Positions 49,148-58,419 of a DNA stretch of 64,000 bases are shown one piece after another (position 1 is the stretch's first letter; each line of letters begins with the position of its first letter). The stretch is taken from positions 32,001 through 96,000 of the IMG/VR virus record IMGVR_UViG_3300042905_003904; one strand, 5' to 3'. A program made the translations under genes and the position numbers. This DNA comes from a virus. Under the pieces are notes generated by a model. It made no database searches. It was not told the DNA's origin and worked only from the letters and a program-made list of their open reading frames with translations.

Positions 49148-51415
49148 TTAGGCAGTGAATTCAGCGAGATTTACTCCAGTGGGTTCAGCAATGAAATTAG
49201 CCAAGATGAATTCGGCTGTGCGGGTAGGTTGCACATAGATAGAAACAATTAACTGATTCTGATCAATGACAGAAGCCGTATTGTTATTTTCATTGCAAAC
49301 GATTTTGTAATCATACATACCACCATTAGTCACTGCCTGGTCATAAATCGGAGACAGGGAGGCTACGACGCGAGCCCTGGTGCTGATGTTATTAGGTTCG
49401 AATACAAAGAATTTAAGCACCGATTGGGTGGATTTTTCTAAGTATAAGAACAGGCGACGGACATTGATACGATCAAATGCGCTTGGAGTAGTAAGAGCGG
49501 TTTTTTGACCCCAGATTACATATCCACCAGAATTTGGGAATGCACAAATTGGATTGATACCAATACGATACAACAGATCCCGTTGTTTCTGGATAGGATT
49601 GACTGCAAGATCAGAAACCCCATTAATAACCCCATAGTTCAGACCAGCAGGGGCTGTCCATGGGAAATGGGCCTGATTTACATCAGCCATGATTTGAGCG
49701 GCATATCCACTGAACGGCAACCAAACATTCTGTCCGGAGTAAACGTCATTACGCTTCACCCAGTTACCATATAGAGCCACATAACTGGTGAAGATATTAC
49801 CCCAGAGGTTGGAAAGTCCCCAGAAAATATCTCTAGAAAACACGAATCCTGGTGTAGTGGACTGTTTAGTGTTAGCTCCATTCACGAAAATATAACGCAA
49901 GGCATCCGGAATAAACATGTGATCCAACCGGGAAGTAGCTACGGTGATAAACTGATCTGCAATAGCACTATAATTTACTTTGGTATTGGAGGAAGAACCT
50001 GTGGTCTGATTCAGCAAGTCTGAAATGTCTGGCGCAAAGGAATCATCAAAAGCGCTAACATATCCGGATTGGGTGCCACTAAGAGCAGCGGCTCGAGCTA
50101 CTGTTCCAGCCCAAACGGTGCCCAATCCTGCTTCCAGGGTAAGGTCCAACTGGTTGGTATCAAGATTCTGTAGTAATGCCAAAGAATTGGAAACTTTCAG
50201 CGGGAGATTGCCGATATCTTGAGTGGAATTGTTGTTTACGGTATAAACTCCATCCGCATAAAGGTTCTTTGCGGCGGGTGAAACCCGGATAGAGAAATTC
50301 GGCGTATCTCCAGAGAACCAATTAGTTAAGGATGAAATATTTGGATTAACTTTAACAGATATATCTCTGGAGTTATCATTCACCACATGTTCTAAGTCAA
50401 ATGGTTTAGATCCACCAGTCTGACTTAGAATGGTGCGAGATCCATACAAGGAACCAGCATAAGACTCTGTATTCACATAATCCAGCAACAGACTGTTGTT
50501 GGTGTAAATGGAATTGCGAATCTTGAAGGCCACCAAGCTTAAACAATCATTATAAGACGATGAGGCGAAATTAATGTCAGCAGGAACGCTTTCAACGACC
50601 TGCGAAATGCTCTCATTACCCTGATCTAAATAGGTAGCAGTAAGCGCAAAATCTAACCGGGACGATGGGATAGAAGCAAACACTTGAGTATTTCCGCTAA
50701 AACCAGTTATGGTTTTTACTCCTGTGATATTGTCGAAATTGGTCGACGGGTTGTTGTTAGAATTATCCGCAAATCCAATATAATACCCTTGGTAGAAATT
50801 ATCTACAGAATATTTATTGTTATTCAACACTAATAATCCGGCTTTGTTTAAGTCATTAAATCCAGTAATGCTAGTAGTATAGTTACTATTGGTAGCAGTG
50901 GTTTGGTAGAAGTTATTAAATCCAGTCACCCCGTTGGTGATTAAGGTTTGGTACTGAGCATCTGTCAATACCACACTGGTTGGTGGTAATAATAGAAACG
51001 CAGAGGCATTCTGATAAAGAACACCAGAAACCCCAGTGACGCTTGTGGTTCCATTAATAGCCGTTACGGCTGTTACACTACCATTAGCAGAAATGGGATA
51101 GGCCAAGACGCTGTAATTATTAGAATAACCAGTTCCAGCGGCTGGGCCATACGGAAGACGGGAAACTATTAAGTTTCCGTCGCTATTTAAGATGTTCTGC
51201 GACGTATAGTAAAAATACCGCTCGGCGGCGTTGGTTGGACTACCGAAGATGGATTGAAACTCTGCAACAGAACCGACATTAATCAGTTCTTCTGTGGGTC
51301 CTTGTGGCGCGAATCCGGCAACAAATATATTTAAAGCTCCGGGGGTCTTAGCCACGGCGCTTCGGTCAGTTTCAGAAATTTGTACGCCAGGAGACGCTAA
51401 AGTTATGGTGGACAT
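49148..51415 (-). CDS. gp18: Tail sheath protein (gp18-like); probable start 51415
   Basis: SPGVQISETD, PWTAPAGLNYG, RDLLY..GINP, WGQKT, FDRINVRRL, FEPN, PTRTAEFI. Confidence 0.95.
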   Translation of the reverse strand: MSTITLASPGVQISETDRSAVAKTPGALNIFVAGFAPQGPTEELINVGSVAEFQSIFGSPTNAAERYFYYTSQNILNSDGNLIVSRLPYGPAAGTGYSNNYSVLAYPISANGSVTAVTAINGTTSVTGVSGVLYQNASAFLLLPPTSVVLTDAQYQTLITNGVTGFNNFYQTTATNSNYTTSITGFNDLNKAGLLVLNNNKYSVDNFYQGYYIGFADNSNNNPSTNFDNITGVKTITGFSGNTQVFASIPSSRLDFALTATYLDQGNESISQVVESVPADINFASSSYNDCLSLVAFKIRNSIYTNNSLLLDYVNTESYAGSLYGSRTILSQTGGSKPFDLEHVVNDNSRDISVKVNPNISSLTNWFSGDTPNFSIRVSPAAKNLYADGVYTVNNNSTQDIGNLPLKVSNSLALLQNLDTNQLDLTLEAGLGTVWAGTVARAAALSGTQSGYVSAFDDSFAPDISDLLNQTTGSSSNTKVNYSAIADQFITVATSRLDHMFIPDALRYIFVNGANTKQSTTPGFVFSRDIFWGLSNLWGNIFTSYVALYGNWVKRNDVYSGQNVWLPFSGYAAQIMADVNQAHFPWTAPAGLNYGVINGVSDLAVNPIQKQRDLLYRIGINPICAFPNSGGYVIWGQKTALTTPSAFDRINVRRLFLYLEKSTQSVLKFFVFEPNNISTRARVVASLSPIYDQAVTNGGMYDYKIVCNENNNTASVIDQNQLIVSIYVQPTRTAEFILANFIAEPTGVNLAEFTA

Positions 51416-51481
51416 AGTTGTACTAATATTTATAGTTGCCAAGGGTCAACATAGTTAAAAATGGAATTAAGACCTTGGCAG

Positions 51482-51489
51482 TATAAATA
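51482..51489 (+). promoter_or_regulatory. T4-type late promoter TATAAATA
   Basis: Exact T4 late consensus 8 nt before ATG 51498; a divergent TATAAATA at 51427-51434 (-) faces the sheath gene. Confidence 0.65.
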
Positions 51490-51497
51490 TAGACACT

Positions 51498-51788
51498 ATG
51501 CATCAATTCGATAACTACTGCGAGAGTGTAATTTTAGAATTAGATTCTACGATGGCTCCTCCAGTTAGCGGACAGCAAGTAACTCCTACGGCCAACCCAG
51601 CGCCAGTGGACCCGTCTTTAACCCCAGCAACTCCGAATGTTGCTAATATGAATATTAATGATCCTAACCACCCGGTTCAGGCCTTCGCAAAGACTTTAAC
51701 AACGCTTCCCCCAGAAAAACAACAAGAATACTTGCAAAAATTGGGAGCTATGTTAAAAATTGGTAACACCAGCACTGCAACGCGTTAA
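51498..51788 (+). CDS. Hypothetical late protein, possible head-internal protein
   Basis: MHQFDNYCESVILE N-terminus, Pro-rich body. Confidence 0.6.
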   Translation: MHQFDNYCESVILELDSTMAPPVSGQQVTPTANPAPVDPSLTPATPNVANMNINDPNHPVQAFAKTLTTLPPEKQQEYLQKLGAMLKIGNTSTATR

Positions 51789-51799
51789 TATAACACATC

Positions 51800-52624
51800 G
51801 TGGGAAAACAAAAAGGCCAGAAAACCAAGGTTCCTCATAAACAAGGAAGTAACATCAATAATGAACAGGGAAGTGGTGGCGACGCGTCTCCATATGTATT
51901 CCAACGGGATAAGATAGACTTTGATCTTCCTGTAAGAGAACTACCGTGGACATTGAAGCAGAAGGGATTTATCTCTCAAATTATGGATAAACAGACCAAA
52001 TGTGTGTTTATCGAAGGGCCTGCAGGGGCCTCGAAAACTAGTTTGGCTGTATACTGTGGGCTGCAATTATTAAAGGCACGGAAAGTATCTGATTTGTTTT
52101 TTGTCCGTTCTGCAGTAGAGTCAGCCGATAGTAAAATAGGATATCTGCCGGGCGATGTCGATGAAAAATTCGGCGTTTATATGGCTCCATTCCTGGATAA
52201 ACTACAAGAGTTTCTGGATGCCGGAAGCATCAAAAGATTGCAGGCAGATGAAAGGTTTCATGCGATGCCCGTCAATTATGTCCGCGGATTACACTGGGCA
52301 GCAAAGTGTATTATAGTAGATGAATGTCAATCTTTGACCAAAAGGGAATTGATTACCATTATTACTAGGTTGGGAGAATTTTCCAAAATTATATTCTTAG
52401 GAGACCCATTTCAATCCGATCTTCCTGAAAATAAATCAGGCGGCTTCGTTCAAATTGCGCGGTTGTTTAGCGACGAAGAAAGTCTCCAACACGGAATTTG
52501 CCATCTGAAATTTACGGTCGATGATATTGTTCGATCTGAATTTGTTAAATTCGTCACCAAAAAACTAGAAGCAGAACACAAAGAAGGAACTTGGAGTCCT
52601 TCTCCCAACGGAAGCCATAAATAA
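51800..52624 (+). CDS. phoH: PhoH-family ATPase
   Basis: GPAGASKT, RSAVE..IGYLPG, YVRG, IIVDECQ, TRLGE.SK..GD..QSD, DIVRS. Confidence 0.92.
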   Translation: MGKQKGQKTKVPHKQGSNINNEQGSGGDASPYVFQRDKIDFDLPVRELPWTLKQKGFISQIMDKQTKCVFIEGPAGASKTSLAVYCGLQLLKARKVSDLFFVRSAVESADSKIGYLPGDVDEKFGVYMAPFLDKLQEFLDAGSIKRLQADERFHAMPVNYVRGLHWAAKCIIVDECQSLTKRELITIITRLGEFSKIIFLGDPFQSDLPENKSGGFVQIARLFSDEESLQHGICHLKFTVDDIVRSEFVKFVTKKLEAEHKEGTWSPSPNGSHK

Positions 52625-52628
52625 CTAT

Positions 52629-52808
52629 ATGAAAAACACATCTTCTTATACGCAAGTTACTAATCGTCCTATTGGTTGTTCCTTTTGCGATGCCCAAATT
52701 CAAGGCCGAGTAACCCCTAAAAAGGACGGTTCAGGAAAGGTGTATAATGAATGTCGTTGGGTCTGCTCTCGTTGTTCTAATTTAGTTAAAGTGGGCGTTG
52801 TTAAATAA
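52629..52808 (+). CDS. Small Zn-ribbon protein (59 aa, missing from ORF track)
   Basis: CSFC...CRWVCSRC; TAAATA at 52618-52623, 5 nt upstream. Confidence 0.65.
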   Translation: MKNTSSYTQVTNRPIGCSFCDAQIQGRVTPKKDGSGKVYNECRWVCSRCSNLVKVGVVK

Positions 52809-52809
52809 T

Positions 52810-53262
52810 ATGCACGATGCAGATTTAGTGGAAATTATTTCTGAAACAACGTATTCAGGAACGTCCGAAGCCCCTCGAAAGGACTTTGTTCCGCTTTCTT
52901 CTAAAAACGATTACAGCGCCCAATATCAGAGTGGCGGAGCTGTTTGGCCGCCAATAGACAAGCCAGTCGTTGGGCAAGGATCTCTTCCGTGGCCCTTGCA
53001 ACTAGCCCCTATAGATTTGGGGGATAGTTATGTATATTTGTTCGCTGCTCTTAATAAGATTAAAACGGCTGTTTTGGAGAACAGAGCCATGACCGCAGAC
53101 CAAATCGTCTGTCTCAAGAAGATATATACTCATGGGAAGAAGGCTCTGAAAATTATTAAAGAGGTTGGGTTGGTGTTTGAGACGGTAGCAAATATGGGGG
53201 TTAATGTCAAAGAACCCAAACAACACGGGCCGAAAATCGTTCCACCTGGTTCGTTGTTTTAA
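52810..53262 (+). CDS. Hypothetical protein
   Basis: ATG immediately after the previous stop; about 150 aa. Confidence 0.6.
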   Translation: MHDADLVEIISETTYSGTSEAPRKDFVPLSSKNDYSAQYQSGGAVWPPIDKPVVGQGSLPWPLQLAPIDLGDSYVYLFAALNKIKTAVLENRAMTADQIVCLKKIYTHGKKALKIIKEVGLVFETVANMGVNVKEPKQHGPKIVPPGSLF

Positions 53263-53271
53263 ACAATTTAA

Positions 53272-53300
53272 TTGATATTCCCTATTAAAATAATTAATAT
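53272..53300 (+). promoter_or_regulatory. sigma70-like promoter, leaderless
   Basis: TTGATA-17nt-TAATAT, 6 nt before ATG 53307. Confidence 0.55.
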
Positions 53301-53306
53301 GGGAAC

Positions 53307-53732
53307 ATGAAATTAAATATTCAACAAACAACAGTTCGCGTCATTTTCTTCGGAGGTCTACCCGTTTTAGTGGGGTTGGCCGGATACGTAAGCAAAATTG
53401 GATTCTTAGCTCCATATTTAGTGTGTCTCTTTTTGGAATTGATCGGTTTATATTTTCTAGGAGCGGTGTATAGAACCAGGGTGCTAGAGAGAATCAAATT
53501 CGCCGAACTAGATAAAATTGGTAATTTATCTTCCATTTTATCATGTGCTGCTTGCAATGCCTCTAATATAATCACATTCATCCCAGACAATCAAGAACGG
53601 GTAGAATTCGAATGCGAAAAATGCCACAAGTCAAACGTAGTGACTATCCAATTTTCCGTCGCTGTAATGACTTCTCCTATGGATAGCCTTTCGGCACCAG
53701 CAATTAATACTACTTCTGGAGACATTATTTAA
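53307..53732 (+). CDS. Membrane protein with C-terminal Zn ribbon
   Basis: Two N-terminal hydrophobic helices; CAAC...CEKC. Confidence 0.65.
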   Translation: MKLNIQQTTVRVIFFGGLPVLVGLAGYVSKIGFLAPYLVCLFLELIGLYFLGAVYRTRVLERIKFAELDKIGNLSSILSCAACNASNIITFIPDNQERVEFECEKCHKSNVVTIQFSVAVMTSPMDSLSAPAINTTSGDII

Positions 53733-53734
53733 AT

Positions 53735-54055
53735 ATGAAAACACACGTAAGAAATAGCCCCGCACAACCAACACTAAACCAGACCCTGAATTGGTGGGAA
53801 AATACCAGCCAAAAAGCATCAGAATTGGCTCGCTGGATTCTACTATATGAAGCTGTGAATCTCATTGCCGACAAAGCAGAAGAAAGGCGCATCCCACTAG
53901 ATAAGGTTGAATTTAAGCCGCTGTCTATTCTCCACTATATTGAAACCTCGGAGAATCAAATGACCAGAAAGGTTCTTGCTCAAGAACATAATATTGATAT
54001 TACCCCCAACGACACTACGTATGAAAACCGAAATCGCACGGAAGAAGCTTTGTAA
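53735..54055 (+). CDS. Hypothetical protein
   Basis: LARW..LYEAVN.IADKA..KPL. Confidence 0.6.
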   Translation: MKTHVRNSPAQPTLNQTLNWWENTSQKASELARWILLYEAVNLIADKAEERRIPLDKVEFKPLSILHYIETSENQMTRKVLAQEHNIDITPNDTTYENRNRTEEAL

Positions 54056-54311
54056 AATTCCAGAAAAGGTCTTAGCGGATATCAATGAAAATTGGGATCA
54101 TAATTGGGATATTGTCGGTGTCGTTTTACGAGATAATGACACGGCTAATGTGGTCATTGTTTCTCATGAAACCCTGTCTGAAAATAGCAAGGTGCAAACA
54201 AGGCATCTGATTGTTCCTGAATTTGATGAATTAATGGAACCTACCAAACCGTGCATGCAGCTGAATATCCAGCAAGCGGTTATGGCTGGGCGTAATAATC
54301 CAACCCACTAG
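54021..54311 (+). CDS. Hypothetical protein (probable start 54021)
   Basis: 96 aa, overlaps the previous gene end. Confidence 0.5.
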   Translation: MKTEIARKKLCKIPEKVLADINENWDHNWDIVGVVLRDNDTANVVIVSHETLSENSKVQTRHLIVPEFDELMEPTKPCMQLNIQQAVMAGRNNPTH

Positions 54312-55038
54312 GTTCTAGAAACAAGTCTCCGTCACTATCAACATAAGCATCTGTGGGTGCTGGTGGTAATGGAGCAGGGGCCATACCATAATCCCCGTAT
54401 ACCGAAGTAGAAATACATGGTATATCATTGTAATCAAAATTAGCCTGTGCTAGAGCGCTTAGGATGTCGTTATCGTTTAGAGGAGTATTTCCAACACCAG
54501 GACCAGGGGAACCGGGCTCATTGCTGTAATCTGATCGTTTTCCTTTGAAGAACCAAACATAGTGTCCTCCTAGGGGATTATTAACGAATTCGTCAATGAC
54601 TTCGGTTAATTCAAAAATAACACCTTGTCGCTTTGGAAAATTAAGCCGATCAGAACCATATTCTTGAAGCCATATTACGTCTCCAGCTTTAGGTTCTGCT
54701 GAAAGTATCCCAGTAACGGTGCTCAATGCTTGATTGAACATCAGCGGGTGGATGACTCCATTGATATCCGAGTCAGCTATAATACCAAACTTGGATAACA
54801 GATAGGAATCATTATTAAGGTTTAGGAGAACTATTAAATTCTGTCCGGATAGGAACCCCGCCATTGGTTGTTCTCCGTAAAGGGGATTGGAACCAGAGAT
54901 AGAGGTTTGATTGGAATAGAATACGATTTGTTGGCCATAAATCCCAATCTGCTCCTGCCACCAACCATCAAAATTGGCCCGTTCTTCAGTATTAACTGAT
55001 TTATTTAAGAAACGAAGATCTTCTACGAAATATGGCAT
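54280..55038 (-). CDS. gp14: Neck/head-closure protein (gp14-like)
   Basis: EQI.IYG, LYGE, LSKFG..AD, EPKAGDVI, FELTEV, YSNE. Confidence 0.75.
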   Translation of the reverse strand: MPYFVEDLRFLNKSVNTEERANFDGWWQEQIGIYGQQIVFYSNQTSISGSNPLYGEQPMAGFLSGQNLIVLLNLNNDSYLLSKFGIIADSDINGVIHPLMFNQALSTVTGILSAEPKAGDVIWLQEYGSDRLNFPKRQGVIFELTEVIDEFVNNPLGGHYVWFFKGKRSDYSNEPGSPGPGVGNTPLNDNDILSALAQANFDYNDIPCISTSVYGDYGMAPAPLPPAPTDAYVDSDGDLFLEPSGLDYYAQP

Positions 55039-55042
55039 ATGT

Positions 55043-55396
55043 TTAATGTCTGGAGAGACGATAGTCCTTCCCGTTTTTATCTAAAGAGATACTAATGCCT
55101 GTTTTGTTGATAGCTTTTGAGGACCCTGCTGTTGGAAAATTGGTAATTCCGTAGGTTTTCATGATACGGTGGGCTATTGGTTTGGATATAACAACAGATC
55201 CTCGAATCTTCCGCTTCACCCAACGATCGATCAAAGGGTCTTCCTTTTGCTGACTATGGCAAGCAGCCACCATATTTAAATGTTTTCTTTTATGGTTGTT
55301 AGTTCCCATGACCCTTTCCGTGGTCTGGTGATGAACACTCGTATTGGGTGTTTTCGATGCAGGTCGATTATAAAAACTTTTAAAGGTGGAATCCAC
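55043..55396 (-). CDS. Basic hypothetical late protein
   Basis: GTG start, TAAATA at 55402-55407; N-terminus MDSTFKSFY. Confidence 0.6.
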   Translation of the reverse strand: MDSTFKSFYNRPASKTPNTSVHHQTTERVMGTNNHKRKHLNMVAACHSQQKEDPLIDRWVKRKIRGSVVISKPIAHRIMKTYGITNFPTAGSSKAINKTGISISLDKNGKDYRLSRH

Positions 55397-55410
55397 AATA
55401 GTATTTAGCC

Positions 55411-55447
55411 AAAAAGAAAGCCGAACCCATTATAGGTTCGGCTTTCT
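55411..55447 (-). terminator. Intrinsic terminator (- strand)
   Basis: agaaagccgaacc-7nt-ggttcggctttct 13-bp stem followed on - by a T-run. Confidence 0.8.
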
Positions 55448-55469
55448 AAACATTTGCCAGTGATGGTGA

Positions 55470-56321
55470 TTACTGATCGAACAGGAACTTACCAGTCTTA
55501 ACACCCTTAGTGTCTTGGGACTTAGTAGCACCTTGGAAGGCGTCCTTCTTATCGGGAGCCTTTTCTAACTTGCCGTCATTTCCTTTACCGGTAGAGGGGG
55601 TGGATGCTTTGCCTTTCTTCTTGGGCACTGCGCCGGTTACGACTTGGGACTTAGTAGCACCTTGGAAGGCGTCCTTCTTATCAGGGGCCTTGGTCAATTC
55701 GACGGATTCTCCAGCCACTGGCTCTTCGTCGTCACCGTCATCTTCTACGTCCCACGAAAATTCATCGTCTTCTCCTTCTTCTGATTCGTCGCCAAGTTCT
55801 TCTCCGTCGCCTTCACTGTCTCCACCAGCGATACCCTTTAAAGCAGCTAGTGCTTGTTCGAGGGCTTTAATGGCAGCAGGAATGCCACCTTCTGGTTCTT
55901 CTTCGGATTCATCTTCATCAATGTTTTCATCCGTAATAGGCAACTCATCGGATTGAATGTCTGTGCCAACCTCTCCACCCAGATCTCCACTATTGCTTCC
56001 CATGTCAGGGGTGCTAGGAGCAAAATTATCCCCGAAATCTTCGGCGAGATATTGATTAAACAGCTTATCAAAGGGATTGGAAGATTCCTTAGACATCTTC
56101 ATCTTTTCGGGTTTGCCCTTAGAACCATCAGCATTGCTGTGCTCTTTGTCTTCTTTAGGCTTTTCTAAATCCTTTTTAACGTTCTCTTCAGCATCGTTTC
56201 CTTTTGGGAATTTCCCAAATGCTTCGGAGTTCTTTTTGAGGGTGGACCCTTTAACTTCTGGAGAATTAACTCCTTCGTTAAGAGTGGACATATAAAGGTC
56301 GATCAGAGGATTATTGCTCAT
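55470..56321 (-). CDS. Acidic/basic low-complexity late protein, possible prohead core or internal protein; probable start 56321
   Basis: TAAATA at 56333-56338; D/E-rich centre, K-rich ends, LNE and LAE candidate protease sites. Confidence 0.6.
   Translation of the reverse strand: MSNNPLIDLYMSTLNEGVNSPEVKGSTLKKNSEAFGKFPKGNDAEENVKKDLEKPKEDKEHSNADGSKGKPEKMKMSKESSNPFDKLFNQYLAEDFGDNFAPSTPDMGSNSGDLGGEVGTDIQSDELPITDENIDEDESEEEPEGGIPAAIKALEQALAALKGIAGGDSEGDGEELGDESEEGEDDEFSWDVEDDGDDEEPVAGESVELTKAPDKKDAFQGATKSQVVTGAVPKKKGKASTPSTGKGNDGKLEKAPDKKDAFQGATKSQDTKGVKTGKFLFDQ
55514..55691. repeat. 49-bp intragenic direct repeat (55514-55562 and 55643-55691)
   Basis: 40-bp perfect core cttgggacttagtagcaccttggaaggcgtccttcttatc; encodes KAPDKKDAFQGATKSQ twice. 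Confidence 0.9.
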
Positions 56322-56331
56322 GTTGGTATGA

Positions 56332-56754
56332 CTATTTATCACCCAACAATCCCAAATCAAAGGAATTTCGTCCTAATTCTTGTTTGGAGAACATTCGTAT
56401 TTTAGAAGATTGTAATTGTTCTCTGATACTATCCTTAATAATGGTCTTGGGTTTCTTATTTCGAATAGGTGGTTGCTTCCCAGGAGCTAAAACTTTCTTA
56501 TCTAGAACCAAAAATAACACAGTCGGAGCCTCTTCTATGATGGAGAAATCTGTATTATTTAATACATCATTAAAATGATGAAGACTATCCAAGATTTCCA
56601 GGGCTGCTTCTAAGAAGTCTGGGTCAGAACTTTCATCAATTAGTTTTTGAACTAACTCAATGTCTGTTTGATAAATTGTTTTAAAATCCGGAGTGGTTAC
56701 TGTATATTCAGAGGATTCTTCCAATTGATTAGTGTAGGTGAATGTGTGTTTCAT
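56332..56754 (-). CDS. Hypothetical protein
   Basis: 140 aa, ATGA coupled to the upstream nuclease. Confidence 0.55.
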   Translation of the reverse strand: MKHTFTYTNQLEESSEYTVTTPDFKTIYQTDIELVQKLIDESSDPDFLEAALEILDSLHHFNDVLNNTDFSIIEEAPTVLFLVLDKKVLAPGKQPPIRNKKPKTIIKDSIREQLQSSKIRMFSKQELGRNSFDLGLLGDK

Positions 56755-57587
56755 AGTTTTTCTTGGTCTAAAATAAATTCTGCTTCTTTTTGTAAATCCA
56801 GAACTTCAATTACTTCAGGACCTTCTGGTTTACCCACCCAAATAATCTGGGAGTTCTTTAATTTAAAGGGAGTATTTTTCTCCAACATAATTCGATACAA
56901 CCAAAGCTGGAGGCTATATTTCACTTGTTCTGACTGGGCTAAATGGCTAAGCGGGCCAATAAATTTAGTATTATATTTGGACTTTTCCTCCATCGCCTTA
57001 TTGGTTTTCCAGTCCAAGATAATTAATTGTTGGGAAGGAACATGCAGAGAAAGGTTGTCGATACAACCACAAATTCCTGTTTCGCGGTCGCCTATAATAA
57101 ATTCAGGACGAATCAAAATGTGGTCCTTTTTCCACTCTTTATAGAATTCCAGGAAATTCTTAATCAGTCCAGCCACCTTTTCATAATAGTCTGGAATGGC
57201 TTCAGGGGTTCGATAATCTGCCCATTTCTTAAAGAATAGGCTGATGGCTTCTTGGTCAATCCCAATTTGTCTTCTCTGAAGAAAGTGTTCTACAAAGCTA
57301 TGAAATTCAGAACCCACATGAGAAGCATATTCTCCTCCAAATTCCCATTTATTTAAAACATCAGAAACTTCTACTCCCTGCTTTCTAGCCACGAAGAAGG
57401 CGACCTTCTCAGCATCAAACGGCGTCTCATATTTATGGATGAGCTTGGTGACCGACATCTTGGCTGGTTTACCGTCAATAGAATAGGTATGATTTTTCTC
57501 CACAAATCTTATGTGGGCGAAACTCTCATCTAAAGTTTGAAATGCTGACCAGCTTAATTTTGGCATAATTGATTTTCGTCTAGGCAT
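56751..57587 (-). CDS. PD-(D/E)XK exonuclease
   Basis: H.Y, SVT, GSEFH..VE, PE, CG.ID.L, ILDWKT, YSLQL..Y; start may be 57566. Confidence 0.85.
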   Translation of the reverse strand: MPRRKSIMPKLSWSAFQTLDESFAHIRFVEKNHTYSIDGKPAKMSVTKLIHKYETPFDAEKVAFFVARKQGVEVSDVLNKWEFGGEYASHVGSEFHSFVEHFLQRRQIGIDQEAISLFFKKWADYRTPEAIPDYYEKVAGLIKNFLEFYKEWKKDHILIRPEFIIGDRETGICGCIDNLSLHVPSQQLIILDWKTNKAMEEKSKYNTKFIGPLSHLAQSEQVKYSLQLWLYRIMLEKNTPFKLKNSQIIWVGKPEGPEVIEVLDLQKEAEFILDQEKL

Positions 57588-57845
57588 TCCTGGAAATCTA
57601 CGGTATTATTAAAACATGAAAGCATATAAAGTAGAACTTCTTATTATTGATTTTGATGAATTAGGTAAAGAACAAATCGTCGAAGAATTGGTTAATGCCA
57701 ATTTCCCAAATGATTGTATTACCATAAACGTTAAAAATATTGTTGAAAAGGACATTGGGGAATGGCATGATGATCATCCATTGAACATTCGCATTTATGC
57801 TGATGCGGAATACCAGAAAATCTTCGGTATTATTAAAACATGAAA
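57583..57845 (+). repeat. 39-bp promoter+start direct repeat (57583-57621 and 57807-57845)
   Basis: ggcattcctggaaatctacggtattattaaaacatgaaa vs ggaataccagaaaatcttcggtattattaaaacatgaaa; 34/39 identical, 21-bp perfect core. Confidence 0.85.
57616..57843 (+). CDS. Hypothetical protein
   Basis: DIGEWHDDHPLN motif; promoter TAGGCA-17-TATTAT 6 nt upstream. Confidence 0.7.
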   Translation: MKAYKVELLIIDFDELGKEQIVEELVNANFPNDCITINVKNIVEKDIGEWHDDHPLNIRIYADAEYQKIFGIIKT

Positions 57846-58022
57846 CGCTCCAAGTGCATAACCACTCGCAAATCAGACATCTCCGAGATAGATTCTCAGA
57901 TCAAAACATGGGAGGAACTCTGTAAATATTGGCCGAACTGGCAGGAAGGCAGAAAATCCCTTAATGACCTCAAGGATATCCGGGTAGCTATAGCTTCTCG
58001 AATCGGTCAAGTTACCGTTTAA
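57840..58022 (+). CDS. Hypothetical protein
   Basis: 60 aa, starts inside the second repeat copy. Confidence 0.55.
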   Translation: MKRSKCITTRKSDISEIDSQIKTWEELCKYWPNWQEGRKSLNDLKDIRVAIASRIGQVTV

Positions 58023-58023
58023 T

Positions 58024-58200
58024 ATGAACAACAAAACCACTAACGATTATCCAGATGAACCCATCTGCGAACTGTCTCTGTGTGAAACGGTTCATCTTGT
58101 TTTAAAACCAAACCAAATTTACATTTTCCGCGTTGATCCTACGTGTCCAACCTGTGTAAAATTAAATTCAGATCCAACATACACAGGAACCACTAAATGA
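58024..58200 (+). CDS. Small hypothetical protein (58 aa, CPTC)
   Basis: TAATATG coupling; not in the ORF track. Confidence 0.5.
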   Translation: MNNKTTNDYPDEPICELSLCETVHLVLKPNQIYIFRVDPTCPTCVKLNSDPTYTGTTK

Positions 58201-58418
58201 TCACTTGCCGCGACTGTAAACATTGGATGTGTCCTCACCCAGAATGGTTAGAGAATTACTCCCGAGAAACTCCACCAAAAGAAGGTTGGATGGATGGAGT
58301 ATGTAAAACTCTTCAACATGGTATTACTATTGAAGTTTCTGGTGGTTGGGAGGGTGCTACAGTAGATTCCGTAGAAACTGATGCCAATTTCGGATGCATA
58401 TACGCCGAAGCAAAATAA
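58197..58418 (+). CDS. Cys-rich hypothetical protein
   Basis: TCRDCKHW..G.C..T...FGC. Confidence 0.65.
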   Translation: MITCRDCKHWMCPHPEWLENYSRETPPKEGWMDGVCKTLQHGITIEVSGGWEGATVDSVETDANFGCIYAEAK

Positions 58419-58419
58419 T

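Noticed and set aside
56751-57587. Cas4 / CRISPR association of the PD-(D/E)XK nuclease
   Set aside because: Lacks the four-Cys Fe-S pattern of Cas4, and no repeat-spacer array is visible in the window
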